Below, in pieces: positions 45,776 through 55,181 of a DNA stretch of 64,000 bases. This stretch comes from a virus (lineage: Duplodnaviria; Caudoviricetes). The stretch's first letter is position 1. Every line of letters begins with the position of its first letter. The DNA lies in IMG/VR virus record IMGVR_UViG_3300033121_002101, positions 1 to 64,000 of that record. One strand, written 5' to 3'. The notes below the pieces were generated by a model. The model worked only from the letters and a program-made list of their open reading frames with translations. It made no database searches and was not told the origin of the DNA. Both the position numbers and the translations under genes were made by a program.

Positions 45776-48654
45776 GTAGAGATTTATTTAGACTATTTGG
45801 AAACGGCAATCAAGCCGCTGAGGGAAAATCAGCGACTGCACCACAAAATTTGTTTGATATGACAAATGATGATGGTGAGCAAGATGCTTTACTAAAAAAA
45901 GCAGAAAAATCACTTGAAACGTCATTAAGAGTTGATTATTCTGATTTTGCAAATCACGTGTTTCTTAATAGTGCATTAAGTTATTTTGACATTACTGGCG
46001 AAAAAATATTAAGTGAATACCCAAAAGACGGCTCAAGAGGTGAGTTGGAAGCATTCACAAATGACTTGGACGGCTACCAAAAGTACATATTAAACAATTG
46101 GCCTGTAAGATCAGGTCATATCGTGTTTAAACCGTCAGTATCTTCATCTTACGTTCAGATAGATGACGTTGGAAATTTTGACAATGTAACAAAAAATGGA
46201 ATGCTTAGCCCAGGTACTGGTTCATGGGCACTAGAAATGTGGTATAATTCTGCAAGAACGCTTACTGCATCTCAAGGAATATCTGTATTAGCACAAAAAG
46301 ATGACAGAGTAGGCGTTTCTTTAACACTTTATCTAAGCGGTAGTTCTGTTTACTTGAATTTAAAATCTGGTTCAAGTACTACAGAAGTTAGTGCGCCTGC
46401 GCACATCAACACAAGTGGTTATGTTTTAGGTGTTGTTGACAGGTCACTTGTTTCTGGTACATTGACAATATACACAGGTTCACAAAGTAAATTTCCAACT
46501 GTTGTTTCAAGTGCTTCAATAAGTTTTGGAGGAGCATTGACACTTGCAAGTGCTTCTTTATTCATTGGAAGTGGCACTTTAACATCAAAAAATCACGTTC
46601 CATATTCAGGAACAGTTGATGAAGTAAGAGTGTGGAACTGTGCACTTGCGTTAGCAGATGTAACTTCGTCTTTTAATAGAAAAATATATTCAAACAAAAA
46701 TCTTGTTGGAATGTGGCGTTTCAATGAGACAGGTTCTACTGGTTTATCTGGTGTAGACAGTATAGTGGCTGATACAAGCGGTCACATGGTGAACGGCAGA
46801 ATAAAAAACTATTGGAATGGAGCAAGAGGTTCTGGCTCTTTTGTGTATGAAACGCCAGATATAATTTGTGATGTAAGATGTGCAGAGGTTCTTTCGTTTA
46901 TAGTCGAACAAAGAACATCTGGCTCAGACTATGACAGAAATAATAGCGGAAAAATAACAGATATGTTTCCGCAAGAGCTGCTAAGAGGGCAAGAAGAACA
47001 AGAACATGACATTATAAAAAACTTTTTATATGTCATGGGCCGTTATTTCGATAAAATTAGATTGTATGCGCAGCATTTACAATACTCACTTAGAGCAAGT
47101 GAATGTACATCAAATGATGTACCAGATTCAAAACTTGAAGACTTAGCAAGATTTTTTGGTATAGAATTACCAGGAAGCTTTTCAGATACAAGTGCTTTAC
47201 AGTATCTAATTGGAAGAGATATAAAACCTGGTGAACTTGGCAACTATGAATTAGACGTAAAATTAGATGAAATTAAAAAGAAAATTTGGCGTAGACTGTT
47301 AAGCAATCTTTCTACGATTTATAAGAAAAAAGGAACAAGAGACAGCGTAAATGCTGTGATGAATGCACATGGAATTCCAAGCAACATTTTTCGTTTAAAA
47401 GAATACGGTTATTTGGAAAAATCTGCAATACGCGAAGAAAGAATTCCGTCACAAATAACGACAAGGAATGTTTTTATAAATTCAACTGACACTTTGCAGA
47501 TAAAAATGAGTCAATCGTATACTGACTTTACAATAGAAGGAAGACTAAAACTTCATCAATCAACAGGTGCGCAACAAGATATGATCATTTTTGAACATCC
47601 TGTAACTGGCCAGGCAAGCGGCTATATTAGCGCTTATCAACAAGGCGCAGGATCAACAACAGGTGCACTGTATTTTTTTGCACAAAGCGGCGAATTTGTT
47701 GGTGTGACCGGCCCCATTTTTAATGATGAATGGTTTAATTTCAGTGTTGTAAAAAAATCGCTGTCATCAGATTTATCAAATTTTAAAATAGAAGTTAATA
47801 GATTTAAAGAAAACAGAATATATTATTCTGCTTCATACGAAGAACAACTTGCTGATGTTCAGACATATCAAACGACAGATCCACAATTTTATTGTAGCAC
47901 TCAACAAAACTCATATAGCTTAGATGAATTTAGATTTTGGACTAGAGCACTTGAGCAAAATGAATTAGAAGATCACTGCTTAAACTTTAGAAGTTTTGGG
48001 TCGAATTATCCGTTAAATTTAAAAAATGATTTAATCGTACATTTAAGATGTGATGAAACATTCACTTCAGGTGCTTTCACTGTTTTATTAGACCACTCAA
48101 TGCATGGGCATAATGCAATTTGCTCAGGCACACAAGTATCAGGTACTGAATATCTTAATGAATATTCTTATATGGCATCACCAGATTTAGGGTGGACAGA
48201 TGAAAAAGTGAGAGTATTCTCAGATGAAATAAATGAAGAAGATAGACCAAGAGATATACCGGTTTTGTCTCTTGAAATGAATATGATAGATCAGCTAAAT
48301 GAAGACATATCACAAATGATGTCTTCAATTGATACAATTAATGATGCAATTGGTCATCCAACGTCACAATACAGATCAACATATGATTCTTTAGATAAAC
48401 TGAAAAAAGAATATTTTAGAAGAATGACAGATAAGTTAAATTTTAGAATATTCATTGATGCACTTGACTTTTTCGATAGATCATTTATCGATGTAATTAA
48501 AAAATTAATACCTGCAAAAGCAAGATTTTTTGGTGGAGAAACAGTGATTGAATCGCATACTTTTGAAAGATCAAAAACGCAATATGCACCGCCAGCAGAT
48601 GATAATGTTGTTGATTCAATCATAAGTTGCACGATAAATGTTTTTAGGAGATGA
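45772..48654 (+). CDS. Baseplate protein with LamG domains and a gp7/P2 gpI-like segment
   Basis: DEVRVWN and DEFRFW LamG motifs, L.DLARFFG and IYKKKGTR.SV. Confidence 0.75.
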   Translation: MSRDLFRLFGNGNQAAEGKSATAPQNLFDMTNDDGEQDALLKKAEKSLETSLRVDYSDFANHVFLNSALSYFDITGEKILSEYPKDGSRGELEAFTNDLDGYQKYILNNWPVRSGHIVFKPSVSSSYVQIDDVGNFDNVTKNGMLSPGTGSWALEMWYNSARTLTASQGISVLAQKDDRVGVSLTLYLSGSSVYLNLKSGSSTTEVSAPAHINTSGYVLGVVDRSLVSGTLTIYTGSQSKFPTVVSSASISFGGALTLASASLFIGSGTLTSKNHVPYSGTVDEVRVWNCALALADVTSSFNRKIYSNKNLVGMWRFNETGSTGLSGVDSIVADTSGHMVNGRIKNYWNGARGSGSFVYETPDIICDVRCAEVLSFIVEQRTSGSDYDRNNSGKITDMFPQELLRGQEEQEHDIIKNFLYVMGRYFDKIRLYAQHLQYSLRASECTSNDVPDSKLEDLARFFGIELPGSFSDTSALQYLIGRDIKPGELGNYELDVKLDEIKKKIWRRLLSNLSTIYKKKGTRDSVNAVMNAHGIPSNIFRLKEYGYLEKSAIREERIPSQITTRNVFINSTDTLQIKMSQSYTDFTIEGRLKLHQSTGAQQDMIIFEHPVTGQASGYISAYQQGAGSTTGALYFFAQSGEFVGVTGPIFNDEWFNFSVVKKSLSSDLSNFKIEVNRFKENRIYYSASYEEQLADVQTYQTTDPQFYCSTQQNSYSLDEFRFWTRALEQNELEDHCLNFRSFGSNYPLNLKNDLIVHLRCDETFTSGAFTVLLDHSMHGHNAICSGTQVSGTEYLNEYSYMASPDLGWTDEKVRVFSDEINEEDRPRDIPVLSLEMNMIDQLNEDISQMMSSIDTINDAIGHPTSQYRSTYDSLDKLKKEYFRRMTDKLNFRIFIDALDFFDRSFIDVIKKLIPAKARFFGGETVIESHTFERSKTQYAPPADDNVVDSIISCTINVFRR

Positions 48655-48657
48655 ATT

Positions 48658-50595
48658 TTGTCAAACGTAATTCGCTTTTTTTCAGATAGTAAAGATGTTG
48701 TTGTTAATCAACAAACAGACAGCGCCGTTTCTGTTTCTGTTACAGGGACTTATCAGAAGCAAGTTACACATGTGTACGATCAAGTTGTTTTAGGCAATTC
48801 TGGAAAATATCCAAGATCAGCACCTGTTTTTGCTAGTTCATCTGTTGAAGTTTATACGTCTGTAAAAACGAAAAACGCAAGACAAAGAAAATCATTTGTA
48901 AGTACTTTAATTTCAACTGGTTCTGAAAGTACGTCTTTGATGTCAATTGGTTTGGGAAACCAAGAGTTTGTACAGAGACCAATATCAGCATCTAGACATG
49001 AAGTTACTGTTTTGGGTGCATATTACAGCGGCACAAACGTTATTGAAGGAGCTGTGCCGTATACATCATCTTTATATTACGCAATCAGCAGAGATATACG
49101 CAAAGTAACATTTAAACTAACAGCGAGCGCAGACATGGGGGGATATGTTGCGCATAGAGGTTTGTCTATTCACAGTAGTGCAAGTATAACAGCTCCGCAT
49201 ATCATTACATGCAATTTAGAAAACATGGAAAATAGCCAGGCAAAGTTTACTGAAAATGGTAAAATAATAGATATAAAAATATGGGTTGAGATTTTACAAG
49301 TGTCTGGTGCTTTAATACATCCACCGCTTGGACAGTTTGCGCTAGCAGTAAGAAGTCCAAATTTATCTTGGGGTCATGCACATCCATTAAGAAATTACAA
49401 TAAAGATGGTACAGTGTGGGGACCATATGAAGACCCGCCTGAATTTTATAAAAACTCTTTTTTGCTTTGGGAGCCCGCTTCTATATTCAGAGGCGTAAAA
49501 GTTCCGTACAGTGGATCACCAACATCTGACACAGATGGATTAGATCCTGCTTTTAGGTCACCATGTTGGGATCGTGATATGGGAATGAGAACAATTTTTT
49601 GTGATGGTGCGCAAGTAAGAAATCCAAGAGACATACACCAAGTCTATAAGAGAGAATTTTCAAGTGTTTTACAAGGAAATAGAGCATATTCAGCACCAAA
49701 TTATGGTTTGCTTCAGCTACCAGAAAACCCAACTGCAAGCATGTTTGGTAATGGGTGGCCGTGGTTTGATAGTGGCCACCTAAGTTCATCAAATGGTAGC
49801 GATTCTGGTTCGCCACCAAATGGGTGGCTTACAGGCGCTGGTGGTGTTGCAAGCGGTATTGAGTGGCCAACAACTGGGTCTAACATAGGACCAATTTATA
49901 TGCGTCCAGTGTATCCGCTGCTTGATGATATTTTCGTTAAAAAACTGTATCACACAGATGGATTTGCATCTGATGAAGGAAATGGAAATGTAAGACAATA
50001 TTGGCAGAGTTGGGTTGTTAAAAGGCCAGGACTAAGAGGAACAGACATGCTTGGCGTTTGGCATCTAATGATTGCAAATGGTTTTTTGAGCACAAAGACA
50101 TATACACCAACTTATTTTAGACAAGTTCGCTTTGAAATAACATATGAAGTTACGCCAGGTACAAAAAGGCAGCACGTCTATTCAGCAAATAGAGTTAAAA
50201 GATCTGGTGTTGTACCTTACAAAAAGGGTTTGAATTTAATAAGTGTCATATCTGGTTCAAAAGACTTTACATTTATTAAAAGTAATTTGACAGATGCGCC
50301 AGCAGATTATTATTCAACTGGCATATACATCGAAGCAGGAAGTGAACTTGAAATAAATAGAGCAATAGGAATTACAGACAGTGCTGATGATTTCTATAAA
50401 GAAAACTTGGCTGTTTATACAAGTGGTACATCTGTATTTACAACAACTGCAAGTTATGATCGTTCTCTCGTAGCATCTGTGTTGTCTCCGTCTGTAAGCA
50501 GTATGGGCCCAAGAACGCTGAAACAGATTGTAAACAACACTGATTTCATGACAACATCACAGATTGCTCAGTTGGTATTAAGCGGAACAATCTAA
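48658..50595 (+). CDS. Virion protein with proprotein-convertase P-domain-like fold
   Basis: GKIIDIKIWVEI....LGQFALAVRSP and GTDMLGVWHLMI. Confidence 0.55.
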   Translation: MSNVIRFFSDSKDVVVNQQTDSAVSVSVTGTYQKQVTHVYDQVVLGNSGKYPRSAPVFASSSVEVYTSVKTKNARQRKSFVSTLISTGSESTSLMSIGLGNQEFVQRPISASRHEVTVLGAYYSGTNVIEGAVPYTSSLYYAISRDIRKVTFKLTASADMGGYVAHRGLSIHSSASITAPHIITCNLENMENSQAKFTENGKIIDIKIWVEILQVSGALIHPPLGQFALAVRSPNLSWGHAHPLRNYNKDGTVWGPYEDPPEFYKNSFLLWEPASIFRGVKVPYSGSPTSDTDGLDPAFRSPCWDRDMGMRTIFCDGAQVRNPRDIHQVYKREFSSVLQGNRAYSAPNYGLLQLPENPTASMFGNGWPWFDSGHLSSSNGSDSGSPPNGWLTGAGGVASGIEWPTTGSNIGPIYMRPVYPLLDDIFVKKLYHTDGFASDEGNGNVRQYWQSWVVKRPGLRGTDMLGVWHLMIANGFLSTKTYTPTYFRQVRFEITYEVTPGTKRQHVYSANRVKRSGVVPYKKGLNLISVISGSKDFTFIKSNLTDAPADYYSTGIYIEAGSELEINRAIGITDSADDFYKENLAVYTSGTSVFTTTASYDRSLVASVLSPSVSSMGPRTLKQIVNNTDFMTTSQIAQLVLSGTI

Positions 50596-50618
50596 ATGTA
50601 TAGCAAGATATATAATCT

Positions 50619-51212
50619 GTGGGCTTCTTAGATCCAACAGAGCAGATAGTAGATTTAGTTCTAACACCAGAAGGCAAAAGACAACTTGCTTCTGGTGATT
50701 TGTCTTTTGAGTATTTTTCACTTCACGACGATGAAATAGATTACAGACCACTTTTTTATCTTTCATCATCATTTACAGACGCAGACATAGAATCTATTAC
50801 TCCTCTAATGATAGAAGACACTCCGATATTAGAAGCAATCGTTGGCCGCTCTCACGGTGGCTCAAATGATTCTGTAAAACCAACATCTTTTCTTTTTGAT
50901 TCATCTGGAAAAGATGAACAGATTCCATCTATGGAAATTTCTCCGAATGTTACTGGAAGTTTACTCACTACAAACCAGCAGATCGGAACCAATAGAAATT
51001 TAATAAAAGTTGACAGAAGTTCAAATGATTTTTTACTAGTGTCTGTAAAAATGATAAATGATTCTGGAATAAAAAATCAATATGTTATTTCTTTGTTTGA
51101 GTCTGGATCAGATGGGTTCAATGAAATATTCCCAATGTATGATTCAGCTGGAAGAAGGTCATATGGAAATGATTTTATTCTAGAAATTGATTCAGAGATA
51201 GGTTCAATATGA
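50619..51212 (+). CDS. Structural protein, paralog of 57871..58584
   Basis: MGFLD...DLVLTPEGKRQLA.G...YFSLHDDEIDY...P.LEA. Confidence 0.7.
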   Translation: MGFLDPTEQIVDLVLTPEGKRQLASGDLSFEYFSLHDDEIDYRPLFYLSSSFTDADIESITPLMIEDTPILEAIVGRSHGGSNDSVKPTSFLFDSSGKDEQIPSMEISPNVTGSLLTTNQQIGTNRNLIKVDRSSNDFLLVSVKMINDSGIKNQYVISLFESGSDGFNEIFPMYDSAGRRSYGNDFILEIDSEIGSI

Positions 51213-53608
51213 AACCTGTAGACACAAAAACAAATGTAGCTTCTGAGCCTATACAGAACAAAAAACTGAGATCTGGTATCTCTGTCTCATCTTCTTTTGC
51301 ATCTTCTTTTGATGTTGCGAAAATTAAGAGTGAATCTTTAGAAGTTGCAAAAAGTGTGTCTTCTTACGCTGCATCTGGAGACAAAAGATCGATAGAAATC
51401 GCTGCACTCGACATATCACAGTATTCAAATTCAGTTAAATCACTGTTGAATTCTCAAACTGTAAACAATTTCTTTAACAACAATAATGTACAAGAGCCAA
51501 GCACAGCTGAAAAAGAAATAAAAAAAGCAGGTGTGTCAATAGATTCTTGCAAAATTTCTTTCAATAAAGATAGTGGAATACTTGATGCTTTTTCAGTTGA
51601 GATAGAAGTTTCTGTACCTGAATTTGTTCAAGACATTATATTGATGAGAAGAGATAATGGATTAATATCAGATTTGTTTCCAATGTCAAAAAGAGGAATG
51701 GACTTAATATCATCACATGTCAGTGATTTTATGGGTGGCAGCCAGTTTTCTGATGTAGAACTTGCAACAACTGTGTCAAGAATTCCAGTCAATGATGGAA
51801 AATCTATTGGCGTTACATCTTTTTCTTCAAAAGATGACAAATCATCTGATGTAAGACCGTTTTTGCAACAAACAGAAAATCAATCTACGCTATCAGTTAA
51901 ACTTCTTAAAGGTGTTGTAAACCCAGCAACTGCGTCTTATATGGATGCATCTTTGGTTTATGACATAAACACAATAGAAAGACTGTCAAAAAGACAGAAT
52001 GAAGTTTCAAAAAATGATAAACTAGATGAAAAAGAAGACAATAAACCAAAAGAATTTAAATCTATTGGTAGACACGTTACAACACAGACTAAAAAAATAA
52101 GAATTGTTGACAAATCTGTTATCAGAGGATATTCTTATTCATATTATGCATATTACAAAAATAAGACGAAAGACAGTTTAAGGTCTCAAATTGTAAGTAT
52201 AAATGTTGATAAGACCAACCAGGTCATACAAACACCAACAGTTTATTCTACGGTGCTCAACACGAGCATTTTATTAAATGTTGGTATACCAACCAACATT
52301 GAAAAAATAGAAGTCTACAGGGAAAACAGCAATGCATGGTCTATCATAGGATCTGTCGATGCATCGTCTGCTGGCTGTGTGTTCACAGACAAGAATGTTA
52401 GACCGGGAATAAATTATTCATATAGAGTATATGCAGTTGACCCATTTGGGAATAAATCGCAAGTACCAGCGACATGCACTGCAAGAATACCAGTTGGTTT
52501 GTATCATCCTGTATTACCACCAACTTTAAGTGTTGGTGTTGATAGAACAACTGGTAGATCTTTCATTGATATTTTTGTTGAAGATAAAAACACAAAAATA
52601 ATCAGAATTTCAAGAAAAGATATTTCATTGTATGAAAAGCAATTTTCTATAATAGGTGGACAAGGCCAAGTTTCACTTGGTGTACATGATAAAAAAAGAT
52701 CACAAGATGGATCATTACGTGACATTTCTTCTACACAAAACGGCATATTAGAAATTAATGGGCCTGGTCACTATAAATTCTATGACGTATACTCAAGAGT
52801 AGACCACACTTATCAATATTCATGTGTTGCTATTGATAAGTCTGGAAGAACGTCAATTGATGTCGCAACTGAAAATGTTTTTGTGTCTAAGAAACCGCTG
52901 ATTACACCTCCATCAACGTTGAGTGCATCAATTGATAAGTCAGATATTACCTTGTCATGGGTTGAACAAAACTTAGCTGTATCACCAGATGAAATGTTAG
53001 GTAACAGAGAAACACTATCATTTCACTCTGTAAGAAATCTATATCAAGTTCAAAGAATGAATGTAAAAAATGGAAAATGGATAAGTTTTCCTTTAGTTGA
53101 TACAATTTCAATCATTGATTCTTCAAATGAAATTATAGATGGACGTCCAGAAGCGCCAGTTGTCGGGAATTCTTACATGTATAGAGTTGCAACTTTCCAA
53201 ACAGGTGGATATTATAGCAGCTATACTGATCCAATACTTGTTGAGATTAAAAATGAAGTGAAACAAATTGTTGATTTGAAAGCATCATTGGTTGATTTCA
53301 ACGTAAAGCTTTCTTTTAATTCTGACGGATTTGATGGTGAATGGAGAATTGAAAAAGCTACAATTGGTGCAAAAAATTCAATCGTTGAAGATTTTGTTAC
53401 TTTAGGAAGCATATACAGAGAGTGTAGTAGAATGCGCTCACAATTAGCTGATAAAATTTGTTCACTTAATAAAAAAGAAAGAATTTTTATTGACAGCGAT
53501 GTACAGAGCGGAAAAAACTATTTGTATAGAGTTACTCCAATAACAAAAGACGGAATAGTTGGCAAATCTGAAACTATTGGCATTTCATTGGCAAAGGCGG
53601 TAAAGTAA
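51209..53608 (+). CDS. Structural protein with multiple FN3/Ig-like domains
   Basis: Repeated F.D..V..G..Y.YRV..(D..G..S) motifs. Confidence 0.7.
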   Translation: MKPVDTKTNVASEPIQNKKLRSGISVSSSFASSFDVAKIKSESLEVAKSVSSYAASGDKRSIEIAALDISQYSNSVKSLLNSQTVNNFFNNNNVQEPSTAEKEIKKAGVSIDSCKISFNKDSGILDAFSVEIEVSVPEFVQDIILMRRDNGLISDLFPMSKRGMDLISSHVSDFMGGSQFSDVELATTVSRIPVNDGKSIGVTSFSSKDDKSSDVRPFLQQTENQSTLSVKLLKGVVNPATASYMDASLVYDINTIERLSKRQNEVSKNDKLDEKEDNKPKEFKSIGRHVTTQTKKIRIVDKSVIRGYSYSYYAYYKNKTKDSLRSQIVSINVDKTNQVIQTPTVYSTVLNTSILLNVGIPTNIEKIEVYRENSNAWSIIGSVDASSAGCVFTDKNVRPGINYSYRVYAVDPFGNKSQVPATCTARIPVGLYHPVLPPTLSVGVDRTTGRSFIDIFVEDKNTKIIRISRKDISLYEKQFSIIGGQGQVSLGVHDKKRSQDGSLRDISSTQNGILEINGPGHYKFYDVYSRVDHTYQYSCVAIDKSGRTSIDVATENVFVSKKPLITPPSTLSASIDKSDITLSWVEQNLAVSPDEMLGNRETLSFHSVRNLYQVQRMNVKNGKWISFPLVDTISIIDSSNEIIDGRPEAPVVGNSYMYRVATFQTGGYYSSYTDPILVEIKNEVKQIVDLKASLVDFNVKLSFNSDGFDGEWRIEKATIGAKNSIVEDFVTLGSIYRECSRMRSQLADKICSLNKKERIFIDSDVQSGKNYLYRVTPITKDGIVGKSETIGISLAKAVK

Positions 53609-53609
53609 A

Positions 53610-55181
53610 TTGTCTGATAAAAGTGATTTACAATCAATATGCGACTGCATGTTGTCACCACCATCTCTCGATCCTGGCAATCCCAGAGTGATTGCTTATT
53701 TTTCAAGAATAGATACAGCTGCGTCAATTTTTGGAATTGAACTTGCTAGTTCTTCATTTGGATTCTCAGCTAATATTATAAAAAGAAATCAATGCTTAGA
53801 AAAAATAAGAGAATGCATTGACATGTATGAAAACATATCAGCTGCTGGCTTGTTTATGAATGAAAACCCATTCACAAGAATAGATGCAATAAACTCTTCA
53901 AGAAGAGTTGTAGATGATATTGGCAATAGCAATGAAATTTTTTCATCTACAATGAAAAATATCCGTACTCTTCTTGACTTAATCACCAGAAGAGATGCTG
54001 GTTCTTTTGACATATCAGGCGCAAGGCCACAAGTAAGTGCGCTTGATATATCATTTGGCGGAATGACAGGAATACCATCATCTATTTTTAATGCAGATGA
54101 TTTAAAGCGCCAACAATCTCTTAACGCTCTAAGAGAACTTGACTTTTCAAAAAGAAAACCAAAAGTTTTATTTGTCTCTGAAAGAGAAGGAGAGACATAT
54201 GACATAGTGGTCGGCTGGCTAAAGATGAGAGATGCATCATCTTACATGTTAACTCTTTCAGATAGAGTTTTTCAGCATACGATTCACGTTACAATACAAT
54301 CACAGAATTTAGAAAACGTTGATGAAACAACTAAATCATTTTACAAGTCTGTGATAGCTCCAGTTATTGGTAATTCAATAAAAGAAAAAGATATTGCATT
54401 ATACAGATTTTCAAATGTGTTAAGAGATAGTGTGTACTCATTTTCAATTTTGCCAATGCAGAATATAAACTCTGGAAGAAATAATCTGTTTAGAATGACT
54501 CTTAATAGAGTTGTCATGACAGATAGACAAATGAGCAATATTTTATCTGCAATACAACTCGCTGGTTTTTCAAATACAGATGAAATCACTCCATATCCGT
54601 TTATATCAAAAGAACTGTATGGAACAGATAAATACGGATGGCTTTTAGCAGGCGTCAATTTGTTATCTGCATTTGACAAAAATGAGCAAGCTGCAAAAGT
54701 AAGATCATATTCGTACATTGGTGCTAAATGGTCACAAATATCGCAGCTTATTTTGTCTGGTGAATTTTATGCTCCATCAAATGTATCTTCGTTTGAACAG
54801 GCTTTGAATAATTCATTTTCAACATATGGCTTATCATCTACAATGATAGAAATTTTAGATAAGTGCGGAATGTTGCTATTTTTTGATGATAGAGAAGGAT
54901 TTGATACAACAATAGTATCAACTGGCAATTCAAATGCTATAAAAGAAACAGGTCTTGCAAGAGCAATAATTTCAGCAATAGATCCAGTTAGTGCAACTGT
55001 CACACCTAGTGCAATATACGCAGCCACTGAAATTAATTCAGGCAATTGGCGTACTTTATTTGCATCACAAGTACTAACACCAAGACTTGATAATTCAAGT
55101 GATGAAATAGATATTATTTCATATGAAGGTGTTACAAGGTTTTTAAACGTTATGATTGATGCATCAAGAAGGGCTTCATAA
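53610..55181 (+). CDS. Hypothetical protein, probably structural
   Basis: Long ORF within the structural operon. Confidence 0.6.
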   Translation: MSDKSDLQSICDCMLSPPSLDPGNPRVIAYFSRIDTAASIFGIELASSSFGFSANIIKRNQCLEKIRECIDMYENISAAGLFMNENPFTRIDAINSSRRVVDDIGNSNEIFSSTMKNIRTLLDLITRRDAGSFDISGARPQVSALDISFGGMTGIPSSIFNADDLKRQQSLNALRELDFSKRKPKVLFVSEREGETYDIVVGWLKMRDASSYMLTLSDRVFQHTIHVTIQSQNLENVDETTKSFYKSVIAPVIGNSIKEKDIALYRFSNVLRDSVYSFSILPMQNINSGRNNLFRMTLNRVVMTDRQMSNILSAIQLAGFSNTDEITPYPFISKELYGTDKYGWLLAGVNLLSAFDKNEQAAKVRSYSYIGAKWSQISQLILSGEFYAPSNVSSFEQALNNSFSTYGLSSTMIEILDKCGMLLFFDDREGFDTTIVSTGNSNAIKETGLARAIISAIDPVSATVTPSAIYAATEINSGNWRTLFASQVLTPRLDNSSDEIDIISYEGVTRFLNVMIDASRRAS

